Positions 28,788 to 38,019 of a stretch of 64,000 nucleotides of DNA are shown piece after piece (the first letter of the stretch is position 1; each line of letters opens with the position of its first letter). A program made the translations under genes and the position numbers. The notes below the pieces were generated by a model. It was not told the DNA's origin and did not search any database. It saw nothing but the letters and a program-made list of their open reading frames with translations. The DNA comes from a bacterium (GTDB lineage Bacteria; Verrucomicrobiota; Verrucomicrobiia; Limisphaerales; J093), in contig JAKANS010000003.1 in NCBI GenBank assembly GCA_021823625.1, forward strand, positions 5,782 to 69,781. Reading direction: 5' to 3'.

Positions 28788-29675
28788 ATGCACCTCGAAT
28801 TGCCGTCGCCGTGCAAGATCAACCTGCTCCTGAACATCCTCGGCCGGCGACCGGATGGGTTTCACGAGCTGGAAACCGTCATGCACCCGGTCGCACTCTG
28901 GGACACGCTACGCGTGGAAGCCGCCGCTGAGGGAATCGGTCTGACCTGCAATGACCCGCTGGTTCCCACCGGCGAAACCAACCTGGTCTGCCGTGCTGCC
29001 GCGGCATTTCTCCAAGCCACGGGCCTGCAAACCGGCCTTCGGTTCCAACTCGAGAAACGGATTCCCACCGCGGCCGGCCTTGGTGGCGGCAGCAGCAACG
29101 CCGCGACCACCCTGCTGGGTTTGAACCAGCTCTGGAACCAACCGCTCCCACCCAGCGGGCTGGCACGCCTCGCCGCAACGCTTGGCTCCGATGTGCCGTT
29201 CTTCCTGCATGGTGGCCCGGCCCTGGCCACCGGCCGCGGCGAGCAGGTGGAGCCGGTAGGTGAATTGCCGGCGATGCGGGGCGTGTGGGTGCTGTTGATC
29301 CATCCCGGCTTCGGTGTCGCCACACCTTGGGCCTACCGACAGCTCGCGAACTTTCCGGCGGCCCTCAACGGCTGGCCCGGTCGCGCGGCGCGGCTGGTTG
29401 AAATCCTGCGAAGCGGCACGCTTACTGAGGCGGCCGGCGATTTCTACAACTCGCTCGAGACCCCGGTGCTCGACAAGTACCCGATCCTCGGGCTTTACCA
29501 GGAATTCTGCCGGGAACACGGCGCGCTCGCGGCGATGATGTCCGGCAGCGGCTCTACCACTTTCGCTTTGACGGCCACCGAACAGGTGGCGCGTGAACTC
29601 CGCGAGCGGTTCGTGGCGCGCTTCGGAACGGCTTGCTGGACGGCGGTCGTCCCGCTGCGAACCGCGGCTGCGTGA
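28788..29675 (+). CDS. ispE: 4-diphosphocytidyl-2-C-methyl-D-erythritol kinase
   Basis: ORF track 295 aa. PCKINL.L.I.GRR.DGFHEL and a KRIPTAAGLGGGSSNAA GHMP-kinase motif. Confidence 0.92.
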   Translation: MHLELPSPCKINLLLNILGRRPDGFHELETVMHPVALWDTLRVEAAAEGIGLTCNDPLVPTGETNLVCRAAAAFLQATGLQTGLRFQLEKRIPTAAGLGGGSSNAATTLLGLNQLWNQPLPPSGLARLAATLGSDVPFFLHGGPALATGRGEQVEPVGELPAMRGVWVLLIHPGFGVATPWAYRQLANFPAALNGWPGRAARLVEILRSGTLTEAAGDFYNSLETPVLDKYPILGLYQEFCREHGALAAMMSGSGSTTFALTATEQVARELRERFVARFGTACWTAVVPLRTAAA

Positions 29676-29731
29676 AGGGGTCGGCGGCTCGACACTGGCC
29701 AGTTACCCGAACGGGGCATAAGGTGGCGCCC

Positions 29732-31549
29732 GTGAACGCGTTGGCGGAATACTGGCTGCGCGCGGCAGCATGGTTCAGGGATCTCACCGCCCGCCGGTGG
29801 CAGCAATTGCTGGGCTGGCGCGGCCGGTGGCGTTCGCGTGAAGACACCGTCAACTTCATCCTGGCCGGGCTGGTTGGCGTGTTAGGTGGCCTCACCAACA
29901 AGGCTTTCCTCTTCCTCACCGACTGGATGAAGCTCTTCACCCTCAAGCGCTCAGGTGACCCCGCGGAAATCGCCGAATTGTTGGCGCCCTGGCTTCGCTT
30001 CGCCGTGCCCGCCGTCGGCTCGCTGCTCGCGGGGCTGACGCTGTACTGGGGCCTGCGCTGGATGAAGAATCGCGGTTCGACGAACCTGCTGGAAGTGGTG
30101 GTGGCGGGCGATGGCCGGCTGCCGTTTCGGCCGAACATCATCAAAACGGTTTCGTCGCTCATCAGCGTGGCCTCCGGGGCCTCGATCGGCCGCGAGGGCT
30201 CGATCGTGCAACTTTCGGCCACGCTCGCGTCGAAGGCCGGGCAAATCATCTCGTGGCCGCCGTATCGGTTGCGGTTGCTGGTGGCGTGTGGGGCGGCAGC
30301 CGGTATGGCTGCGGCCTACCATGCGCCGATCGCCGGCGCGGTGTTTGCTGCGCAGATCGTCCTCGGCAACTTTTCCATGAACCTGTTCGCGCCGCTGATC
30401 TGCTCGGCGGTGGTCGCGGCGGTGCTTTCACGCAACTTTTTCGGGATCGAACCGCTTTACCTGGTGCCAGGCCTGGAGGTCGGGAGGAATCTGGACCTGC
30501 CCTGGTTTGTCGTCTTGGGCGCTCTCTCGGGTTTGCTGGCCGCGGTTTTCCTCAGGCTCCTGCAACGCAGCGAAGCCTTCTTCGATTCGCTGCACCAACC
30601 CATTTACCTCCGGCTCCTGATCGCGGGTTTGGTGACAGGCGCTCTGGCCATGGAAGTTCCGGGCATCTGGGGCAATGGGTACGCCGTGACGTCCCGCCTC
30701 CTGGCCGCGCATCCGTACTACGGCGTCGGCATGGTGGCCCTCCTGCTGCTCGCCAAGCTCGCCTCGACGGTGGTGACGGTCGGTTCGGGCGCGGTCGGCG
30801 GGGTTTTCACCCCCACGTTGTTTCTCGGGGCCGCGTTGGGTTACTTGTTCGGGTACGGATTGCAGGCCGCGAACCTGACGCAGGCGCCGGTGGGGACGTT
30901 CGCCCTGGCGGGCATGGGCGGAGTGGTGGCGGCGACGACGCACTCGCCCTTGCTCGCGGTGATCATGCTGTTCGAAATTTCGCTGAACTACTCGCTCATG
31001 CCCGCGTTGATGCTGACGTGCGCGGTGGGAACGCTGGTCGGCCGCCGGTTGCACGCCAATTCGGTTTACACCGAACCGCTCCGCCAGAAAGGCTTGCTGG
31101 GCGAAGCAGAGACCGATCAGCTTGGCACCGCCAGCCAGCAAACCGTCGGCGATCTGATGCACGAACCCGTGCCGCCGGTGGCGGAAACCGCGACCTTCCA
31201 GGAACTGGGTCAGCGCTTCCTCAGCAGCCCGTACAACTTCCTGCCGGTGGTGGACGCCAACCAGCGGCTCACCGGCGTGATCGCCTTGCAGGATTTGAAG
31301 GCGTACCTGAACGCCGGCCAGGAATTGCAGGCGGTCATCGCGTTCGATGTCATGCGCCCGCCGCCGGCGTGTCTGGTCCCGCACCAGCGGCTCCACGAGG
31401 CCTTCCCGGTCCTGCTCTCCAGCGAACTCCGCAACATCCCGGTCGTCAGCAGTCTCGGTGACCGCCGGCTGGTGGGATCCCTCGCGCGCGCGGAAGCCTT
31501 GAGCGTCCTCTCCGAGGCGATCGCTTCCAAATCCGCGTCCAAGGGCTGA
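29732..31549 (+). CDS. ClC-family chloride channel / H+-Cl- exchanger with C-terminal CBS pair
   Basis: ORF 29633-31549. The preferred GTG start at 29732 is preceded by AAGGTGG, because the earlier start overlaps ispE. GASIGREGS, GAVGGVFTP and two CBS-like repeats are present. The start is uncertain. Confidence 0.82.
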   Translation: MNALAEYWLRAAAWFRDLTARRWQQLLGWRGRWRSREDTVNFILAGLVGVLGGLTNKAFLFLTDWMKLFTLKRSGDPAEIAELLAPWLRFAVPAVGSLLAGLTLYWGLRWMKNRGSTNLLEVVVAGDGRLPFRPNIIKTVSSLISVASGASIGREGSIVQLSATLASKAGQIISWPPYRLRLLVACGAAAGMAAAYHAPIAGAVFAAQIVLGNFSMNLFAPLICSAVVAAVLSRNFFGIEPLYLVPGLEVGRNLDLPWFVVLGALSGLLAAVFLRLLQRSEAFFDSLHQPIYLRLLIAGLVTGALAMEVPGIWGNGYAVTSRLLAAHPYYGVGMVALLLLAKLASTVVTVGSGAVGGVFTPTLFLGAALGYLFGYGLQAANLTQAPVGTFALAGMGGVVAATTHSPLLAVIMLFEISLNYSLMPALMLTCAVGTLVGRRLHANSVYTEPLRQKGLLGEAETDQLGTASQQTVGDLMHEPVPPVAETATFQELGQRFLSSPYNFLPVVDANQRLTGVIALQDLKAYLNAGQELQAVIAFDVMRPPPACLVPHQRLHEAFPVLLSSELRNIPVVSSLGDRRLVGSLARAEALSVLSEAIASKSASKG

Positions 31550-31650
31550 CGCGCCAAGCTGCCGGACGAGGCGAGATCGGGACTGAGGCCGTCCACGGCC
31601 CGCGTTTTTCGCCTTGTTGCGCCGCGCGCCCGCCGCGATAACACCCGGCC

Positions 31651-32931
31651 GTGAGCATTCTCGAAGAGTTGAAGTGGCGGGGTCTGTTTGCGGATTGCAC
31701 CGACGAAGCGGCCTTGACGGCGCGACTGGCAGCGCGGCCGATCGCGCTCTACTGCGGATTCGATCCGACGGCGGACTCGTTGCACGTCGGCCACATGGTG
31801 CCTTTGTTGGCACTGCGACGCTTCCAGCTTTTCGGGCACCACCCGATCGCGGTGGCCGGCGGCGCCACCGGCTCGATCGGCGATCCCAGCGGCAAGTCGC
31901 AGGAGCGCTCGTTGCTCACGAAGGAGCAGATCACCGCGAACGTCGCCGCCGTGCGCCCGCAACTGGCCCGGCTCCTCGATTTCGAGACCGCCGCCAACCC
32001 CGCCCGGCTGGTGGACAACGCCGACTGGACCGCGCAGGTCAGCTACCTCGACTTCCTGCGCGACATCGGAAAGCATTTTTCCGTAAACCAGATGGTGGCC
32101 AAGGAAAGCGTCCGCGCCCGGATGGAAGACCGCGAGGTGGGCATCAGCTACACCGAATTCAGTTACATGCTGCTCCAGGCTTTCGATTTCTATCACCTCT
32201 GCCAGGAACAGGACTGCGAGCTGCAGATCGGCGGCAGCGACCAATGGGGTAATATCACCGCCGGCATGGACCTGATCCGGAGGAAGCTCGGCCGCGCCGC
32301 CTTTGGCCTGACGCTGCCGCTCATCACCAAGGCCGATGGCACCAAGTTCGGCAAGACCGAGGCGGGCGCCATCTGGCTCGATCCCCGAAAGACCAGCGTC
32401 TATCGCTTCTACCAGTTTTGGATCAACGCCGACGACCGCGACGTGATCCGCTACCTCCAGTTCTTCACCTTCATCAACCACGAAGAAATCGTGGCGTTGA
32501 CCCAGGCCCACGAGGCCAATCCCGGCGCCCGCGGCGCCCATCGCGCGCTGGCGCGGGCGGTCACGGAAATGATCCACGGCGCGGCGGCGACGCAAGAAGC
32601 CATGCGTGCCAGCGAGATTCTCTTCGGTGGCGAGCTGGCCGGCGTGAGCGAAACGACCTTCCAGGAAATCGTCGGTGAAGTGCCGAGCAAAAGCGTCGAG
32701 TGCGCGCGCTTGGGAGACGCCGGCCTGCCGCTCACCGAGTTGCTCGTCCACGCCGGGCTTTGCCCGAGCAAAGGGCAGGCGCGCAAAGATGTCGAGGGCG
32801 GCGGCATCTATCTCAACAACGTCCGCGAGGCCAGCACCACGCGCACCGTCATGGCGGGCGATCTGCTCTTCGGCAAACACCTGCTTTTGCGCAAAGGTAA
32901 GAAGAACTACGTGGTCGTCACCGCGCGGTAA
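31651..32931 (+). CDS. tyrS: Tyrosine--tRNA ligase
   Basis: ORF track 426 aa with GTG start. YCGFDPTADSLHVGH (HIGH motif), KFGKT (KMSKS motif) and a C-terminal S4 domain. Confidence 0.95.
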   Translation: MSILEELKWRGLFADCTDEAALTARLAARPIALYCGFDPTADSLHVGHMVPLLALRRFQLFGHHPIAVAGGATGSIGDPSGKSQERSLLTKEQITANVAAVRPQLARLLDFETAANPARLVDNADWTAQVSYLDFLRDIGKHFSVNQMVAKESVRARMEDREVGISYTEFSYMLLQAFDFYHLCQEQDCELQIGGSDQWGNITAGMDLIRRKLGRAAFGLTLPLITKADGTKFGKTEAGAIWLDPRKTSVYRFYQFWINADDRDVIRYLQFFTFINHEEIVALTQAHEANPGARGAHRALARAVTEMIHGAAATQEAMRASEILFGGELAGVSETTFQEIVGEVPSKSVECARLGDAGLPLTELLVHAGLCPSKGQARKDVEGGGIYLNNVREASTTRTVMAGDLLFGKHLLLRKGKKNYVVVTAR

Positions 32932-33103
32932 CCGGCATTGCAGGACCGAGAGCCTCCGCCAGCAGAGGCCTTTTCCACTGCAGGTCAAATGCGCCCTCCC
33001 GCGCGCCGGGCGATTCCCAAGGAAAGCCGCGACGCGCGGGACAAAGGCCGACACCTGATCTCATCGCGATTCCGGTTGCGGGTACGTAACGCCAGGGGTG
33101 GTG

Positions 33104-33202
33104 GCCGCCGATTGATTCTGTGCCTCCGGCTGCATCCGCGACGAATATCTAGAATTCCTTGAATGATTGCGTGGGAGCCGCCGGCTGATTCTGTGCCTCC
33201 GG
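33104..33202. repeat. 26-bp direct repeat (24 of 26 identical) spaced 73 bp, straddling the stop codon of the BlaR1-like gene
   Basis: GCCGCCGATTGATTCTGTGCCTCCGG (33104-33129) versus GCCGCCGGCTGATTCTGTGCCTCCGG (33177-33202). The second copy encodes the ..PEAQNQPAAP.. C-terminus and the first lies just beyond the stop. Confidence 0.6.
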
Positions 33203-35479
33203 TCGCGGCTTCATTTCCTGGAGATGCTCGAACTGCTGGTTTACGCGATCCAGTTGCTGCTCCAGGCGGTTGAGCTGGGTCTCGATATCGGCGATGCGTT
33301 CTTGCAGTGCCCGGCGTTGTTCCTCCAAAGCGCGCCGCTGCGCCTGGGCGGCGTCCACTGTCACCCTGAGCTCGGCCTCCTGCCTGGCCTTTTCAACAAC
33401 GTCGGCTGCCTTCCGCGCGTCGCGGTCAGCCCGCTCACGTGTCGGTTGCACCTGGCGCTCGTTGTCGGCTTGAGCTCGCCTATACCTGGTATCGTACCAG
33501 GTCCCGGCCTGGACCTTCGGTTCGCTCACCCCCTCGGATTTGGAGAAGTAGCCTGGGGAAGGACGGATGGGTTCCTGCTCGTCGGCCGCCGAAGCCTTTT
33601 CCTGTCGCGCAAGCAGCAACTCCAGCATCCGTTCGACGCGGTCGAGCCGCTGTTCGAGCGCCTCGCTGCGGTCTCTCGGAGGCGACTGGAAACTCGGGGC
33701 ATCCGGGGTCGCGGGCGCACTGATGGCCATGGGTGTTGCCGCGGGCAGAGCCGCATCTGCCGGCTTGGGCAGCGCGGGTTCGCCCGCTGGTGGCGCGTCT
33801 TCAGCCACGGTCGCCGGCGCCAAGCTGATGCTGACCGGCCGAGCCGCGACCACCGGCGCCGCATTCACGCTGAGTGTCGTCGATGCTAGCGCCGCTCCGC
33901 TTGCGGCCTCAATGCGGGCGGTCGGCGGTTGCACGGCATTGACGGCCGGCGCGAGCGGGTTGGCCGATGGCTCGGACTGGGGAGGTGGCGGCACCGGCTG
34001 AGCGCTGTTCGTTTGGTCGGCGGAGACTTCACGCGCCGGGAATGCGCCTGGGCTGTTGCTGGCGGGTTGTCCCGGCGCGGGCGGCGCCTCTGCCTGGGCG
34101 AAGGCCAGCCTTGGGCCGGCGTACAAACCGAGGGCGGCCAGCAAAGCCGCCGCGGTGCTCAGCGTGCCCACCTTGGCCCGCACGAGCTGGGGAGACGTGT
34201 TGCGTTTCGAGTCGAGTAACATACGGATCCTTTCCTTGAGTTGACTGTGGTTGCTCCATGCCGCCGGCGCGGGGGCCCAATGACGCTCCCGTGCGCGGCT
34301 GGCAAATTCGGTGAGAAACAAGGCGTAATCCCGCGGCGAGCAGGTCGCCGCCAGGACGTGGTCGTCGCACGCGATTTCGCGATCGACGGTGAGCCGCCGC
34401 GACAGCCACACGACCGACGGGTGGAAGAAGAACGTCGCCTTGATGAATTGTTGAATCAGGTTGGTCCAGTCGTCTCCGCGGGCGAGATGCGCCAGTTCGT
34501 GCCGGAGGACTTTTTCCAGCGTGCTCGCCGGCTCGTCCATCAGGCGGGTCGGGAGCAGGACGGCTGGCGATCGGAAACCCGCCGCGAGCGGCGAATTCAA
34601 TTCGTCATTGGCGCGGAGTGTGAGCGGACGTCGCGCGCGCATTTGACGGCACAGAGAGTCAAACAGCGCTGCCTGCGGCGGCGGCGCGAGCGCACTGCGG
34701 CGCTTTAGCCGCACCAGCGCGAGGTACTGCCAGACCAGGAAGACCAGCCGTGCCCCGGCGACCGCGCCCCAGCCACTCACCAAGGCAAGACTCAGTCCCG
34801 GCGAAAGAGACAGTCTCCAGGCTTGAAGGCCCGCCGACGGTGCGGGCGGCAAGGCAACGGGTCGCGGCTCGGAAGGCGCGGCCGACCCAGCCAAGGATGG
34901 TGGACTGAGCGCGCGGCTCTGACCGGGCCTCAAATCGGCTCCGTCACGGTCAGGAACGAACGCCACCTCCGGTTGCAGGATGTCATCAACGGCGGGCTCA
35001 GTCGGTTGTGGCGGGGCGCCGACGGTTCGCGGCTTCGGCGCGTTCGCGGGAAGAGGTCGATCATCGCTGGAACCGGCTTCCGTATTTGGCTCCGCGACGA
35101 CCCAGCCCACGCTCCTCTCAATGCGAAATGACGGTTGCGGGGCGCCCAAGCTGGGAGTCGTACCCGAGGGTTTTTCCGAAGCCACCCGCGCAGTCGCGGG
35201 AAGGTCGAGCGTGTGGCCCAAACCGCTCCTGGCAGACTCGGCGCGTGCACCGGGCGGAGTCGAGTTTCCAACCAATTCCGCGATCAGGAAATGCACCACC
35301 GGTAACGCCGCGACGATGACCAGCGTGGCCAGTTCCACCGCATAGCGGCTGGCAGCGTTCAGGCCCCGGAGGACTTTCAAGCCGCCGCACACCAGCGCGG
35401 TCAGCACCAGACCTTGCCAGAGGCCGTTGCCCAGGGCGCTGAGCAGTTGGGCACAGAGGTTGGTTAACGTGATGTTCAT
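33149..35479 (-). CDS. BlaR1/MecR1-like M56 peptidase-domain signal transducer with long Pro/Ala-rich and coiled-coil extensions
   Basis: ORF track 776 aa. N-terminal TM helices, RHELAHLARGDDW (HExxH) and FFHP. The C-terminal half is low-complexity Ala/Pro followed by heptad-like QRRALEEQRRALQERIADIETQLNRLEQQLDRV. Confidence 0.85.
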   Translation of the reverse strand: MNITLTNLCAQLLSALGNGLWQGLVLTALVCGGLKVLRGLNAASRYAVELATLVIVAALPVVHFLIAELVGNSTPPGARAESARSGLGHTLDLPATARVASEKPSGTTPSLGAPQPSFRIERSVGWVVAEPNTEAGSSDDRPLPANAPKPRTVGAPPQPTEPAVDDILQPEVAFVPDRDGADLRPGQSRALSPPSLAGSAAPSEPRPVALPPAPSAGLQAWRLSLSPGLSLALVSGWGAVAGARLVFLVWQYLALVRLKRRSALAPPPQAALFDSLCRQMRARRPLTLRANDELNSPLAAGFRSPAVLLPTRLMDEPASTLEKVLRHELAHLARGDDWTNLIQQFIKATFFFHPSVVWLSRRLTVDREIACDDHVLAATCSPRDYALFLTEFASRARERHWAPAPAAWSNHSQLKERIRMLLDSKRNTSPQLVRAKVGTLSTAAALLAALGLYAGPRLAFAQAEAPPAPGQPASNSPGAFPAREVSADQTNSAQPVPPPPQSEPSANPLAPAVNAVQPPTARIEAASGAALASTTLSVNAAPVVAARPVSISLAPATVAEDAPPAGEPALPKPADAALPAATPMAISAPATPDAPSFQSPPRDRSEALEQRLDRVERMLELLLARQEKASAADEQEPIRPSPGYFSKSEGVSEPKVQAGTWYDTRYRRAQADNERQVQPTRERADRDARKAADVVEKARQEAELRVTVDAAQAQRRALEEQRRALQERIADIETQLNRLEQQLDRVNQQFEHLQEMKPRPEAQNQPAAPTQSFKEF

Positions 35480-35871
35480 TGCGTCGAACGGGGTTTGCCG
35501 TGTTCCAGCACCTCGCGTTTCAAGGCGTCGAGCTCCTCCGGGCTCAAATCTTCGTCCCGCAAAAAGGCCAGCACCAGCTCGCCGGGCGAGCCGGCAAAAA
35601 ATTTGGTCAACAACTGGCGCACCGCGTTTCGGGCCGCGGCCTGGCGGTTCACTTTCGGCGTGAAGACGTGGGCCCGACCTTCCTTGCGGTAGGACAGGTA
35701 GCCTTTGTCCCGCATGATCCGCATCATCGTCAGGACGGTCGTGTAGGCCGAGCCGCCTTCGCCGGCCAGGGCCTCGGCCACCTCGGCCACGGTGGCGGAA
35801 CCTTTGGCCCAGAGGATTTCCATGATCCGGTGTTCCCCGTCGGTGAGCGTGACTGACTTTTTTCGCGGCAT
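35476..35871 (-). CDS. BlaI/MecI/CopY-family transcriptional repressor
   Basis: ATG at 35871 within ORF 35476-35943 gives MPRKKSVTLTDGEHRIMEILWAKGSATVAEV..YTTVLTMMRIMRDKGYL. Its stop overlaps the BlaR1-like start (ATGA). Confidence 0.88.
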   Translation of the reverse strand: MPRKKSVTLTDGEHRIMEILWAKGSATVAEVAEALAGEGGSAYTTVLTMMRIMRDKGYLSYRKEGRAHVFTPKVNRQAAARNAVRQLLTKFFAGSPGELVLAFLRDEDLSPEELDALKREVLEHGKPRSTQ

Positions 35872-35908
35872 GGGCGGACTCCGTTCCGGGTTCTCAGTTA
35901 TTAAAGAA

Positions 35909-35954
35909 TTAGTTGACGCGGAATAAACACCGCCCTCCCACACCTGTCAACTAA
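35909..35954 (-). promoter_or_regulatory. Putative blaI promoter flanked by an inverted repeat (candidate BlaI operator)
   Basis: TTAGTTGAC (35909-35917) and its reverse complement GTCAACTAA (35946-35954). On the minus strand, TTGACA (35945-35950), 17-nt spacer, TTTATT (35922-35927). One half-site overlaps the -35 element and the other lies just downstream of the -10 element. Confidence 0.45.
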
Positions 35955-36154
35955 GAATTTAGTAGTTTGTTTCCAACGGTGTCTGGCGCTCGGTCCGATG
36001 CCCGATAAAACGGGCCATGCAACCCAACACCGGCACCGCTTGCCGGGCGATGAACCAGGCCGCGCGCGGCAGCGCAGGGCTGTTTCAAACGCAGCCTTCG
36101 GCGCCGCAAATTGGATTGTCGGCCCCAGTCGCTTGCGGCACGCTCAACGGTTCT

Positions 36155-37480
36155 ATGCAGCAGATCAACGTGGGGATGATTGGCGGGGGCACCGTCGGCA
36201 GCGGCGTCTTCCACCATTGGCAGCGCAACGGCCAGCTCATGGCCTCGCGCTTGGGCGTGGGGCTCCGCCTTACCAAGGTGGCCGTCAAGGCGCTGGACGA
36301 ACGGCGGCCGTACGAGATTCCGCGGGCGCTCCTGACCACCGATTGGCAAAGCGTGGTCAACGATCCCGGCGTTCAGATGGTCGTGGAACTGGTCGGCGGC
36401 ACCGGCATCGCCAAGACAATGATCCTGGCGGCCCTCCGCCGGGGCAAACCGGTGGTCACCGCCAACAAGGCTTTGCTTTCCGCGCACGGCGAGGAGTTAT
36501 TCGCCGCCGCGCGCGAGCACCGCGCGAACTTGTACTACGAAGCGAGCGTGGCCGGCGGCATTCCGATCATCAAGGCGATGCGCGAGGCGTTTGTCGGGAA
36601 CCGCTTCACGCACCTCTACGGCATCGTCAACGGCACCTGCAATTACATCCTCACGCGCATGAAGCAGGAAGGCGCCGAGTTCGCCGACGTGCTGGCCGAC
36701 GCGCAAAAGCACGGCTACGCCGAGACGCCGCCGGACCTCGACCTCGACGGTTTTGACGCCGAACACAAGACCGGCATCCTCGCCTCGCTCGCGCACGGGT
36801 TTTGGGTCAAGCCGCAAGACATCTACGTCGAAGGCATCCGGCACATCGCGAAGCTGGACATGCACTTCGCCCAGCAACTCGGCTACACGATCAAGCTGCT
36901 CGGCATCGTCAAGAAGCTCGACAGAGCGAAAACCCGTGCTCGCAACGGCGCGCGCATCCAGGTTTCCGTCTATCCCGCACTCATTCCCGACGCGCACGTG
37001 CTGGCCAGCGTGAATGGGGTGTTCAACGCTGTTTTCGTCCGCGGCGACGTGGTGGGCGACACGCTTTTCTACGGACGCGGCGCGGGCAAGGACGCCACCG
37101 CCAGCGCCGTCCTGAGCGACCTGGCCGACGCGGCGCTCGACCTGGCGCACGGCAGTCACGGACGCGTGCCGCCGTTCGTGCCGCATGAACACGCCGGCGC
37201 GGTGGCGCCCATCGGCGAGGTTTCTTCGCGATACTACGTGCGGCTCAGCGTGCTGGATCGACCCGGCGTCATGGCTAAAATCACGGCAATTCTGGGCGCG
37301 GCCAGGATTGGCATCTCTTCGGTGATCCAACCCGCTGGTCACGAAGGCGAGAGTGTGCCGTTGATCCTGATGATCCACGACGCGCCGAACGCGGCGATGG
37401 CGAAGGCACTGGCGAAGATCGCCAAACTGCCGGTCGTGAAGGCGGCCCCGGTCATGATCCGGGTGGAAAGCTTTGAGTAA
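36155..37480 (+). CDS. hom: Homoserine dehydrogenase
   Basis: ATG at 36155 within ORF 36017-37480. INVGMIGGGTVGSGV, VVTANKAL, YEASVAGGIPII, NGTCNYIL and a C-terminal ACT domain. Confidence 0.93.
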   Translation: MQQINVGMIGGGTVGSGVFHHWQRNGQLMASRLGVGLRLTKVAVKALDERRPYEIPRALLTTDWQSVVNDPGVQMVVELVGGTGIAKTMILAALRRGKPVVTANKALLSAHGEELFAAAREHRANLYYEASVAGGIPIIKAMREAFVGNRFTHLYGIVNGTCNYILTRMKQEGAEFADVLADAQKHGYAETPPDLDLDGFDAEHKTGILASLAHGFWVKPQDIYVEGIRHIAKLDMHFAQQLGYTIKLLGIVKKLDRAKTRARNGARIQVSVYPALIPDAHVLASVNGVFNAVFVRGDVVGDTLFYGRGAGKDATASAVLSDLADAALDLAHGSHGRVPPFVPHEHAGAVAPIGEVSSRYYVRLSVLDRPGVMAKITAILGAARIGISSVIQPAGHEGESVPLILMIHDAPNAAMAKALAKIAKLPVVKAAPVMIRVESFE

Positions 37481-37483
37481 AGA

Positions 37484-37556
37484 GTCGCGCGACGGAGGCG
37501 AAGGGAGCGAGGTCAAGGAAGCCCAACCTTCGCCGCCTTCGCGCCCTTCGCGCGAC
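37484..37556. repeat. GC-rich imperfect hairpin immediately after the hom stop; its right arm is direct-repeat copy 1
   Basis: Left arm 37484-37512 (GTCGCGCGACGGAGGCGAAGGGAGCGAGG). Right arm 37528-37556 (CTTCGCCGCCTTCGCGCCCTTCGCGCGAC). 23 of 29 ungapped complementary positions by hand count. Confidence 0.6.
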
Positions 37557-37565
37557 ACATGGCAA

Positions 37566-38012
37566 ATGCACCTGACCGAAGAGCAAGTTGGCAAAGCGGT
37601 TCTCGACGCCGCCTTCAAGGTCCACACGACCCTTGGTCCCGGGCTGCTTGAATCGGTTTACGAAGCTGCGATGGCCGTCGAACTTCGGAAACAAGGGTTG
37701 AGCGTCGAGCGACAGGTCGCCATCCCAGTCGTCTATGAGGGGGAGCGTCTGGAAGTTGGCTTTCGCGCTGATCTGATCGTCGAACACAAGGTTCTCGTCG
37801 AACTGAAGTCAGTCGAAGCCGTCACACCCCTGTTCAAGAAGATCACGACCAACTACCTCAAACTGATCCCTCTCAAGCTTGGGTTTCTGATCAATTTCAA
37901 CGAACTCCACTTGAAGGACGGCATCACCCGGGTAGTAAACCATCTGGAAGGCAAACCTTTCTTCTCTGCTTCGCCGCCTTCGCGTCCTTCGCGCGACCCC
38001 GCAACGCTCTGA
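37566..38012 (+). CDS. GxxExxY protein (PD-(D/E)XK nuclease superfamily, TIGR04256-like)
   Basis: ATG at 37566 within ORF 37473-38012. MHLTEEQVGKAVLDAAFKVHTTLGPGLLESVYEAAMAVELRKQGL...FRADLIVEHKVLVELKSVE...YLKLIPLKLGFLINFN. The GLLESVY segment is the GxxExxY signature. The C-terminal tail is encoded by the flanking repeat. Confidence 0.85.
   Translation: MHLTEEQVGKAVLDAAFKVHTTLGPGLLESVYEAAMAVELRKQGLSVERQVAIPVVYEGERLEVGFRADLIVEHKVLVELKSVEAVTPLFKKITTNYLKLIPLKLGFLINFNELHLKDGITRVVNHLEGKPFFSASPPSRPSRDPATL
37969..37997. repeat. Direct-repeat copy 2 of the 29-mer bracketing the GxxExxY gene
   Basis: CTTCGCCGCCTTCGCGTCCTTCGCGCGAC matches 37528-37556 at 28 of 29 positions. It is also complementary to the left arm 37484-37512. 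Confidence 0.75.
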
Positions 38013-38019
38013 CCTGTCC

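Noticed and set aside
29676-29731. Fluoride riboswitch upstream of the ClC gene.
   Set aside because: The gap to ispE is only about 55 nt and shows none of the crcB-motif words. The protein carries CBS domains like ordinary ClC channels rather than the short ClC-F type.
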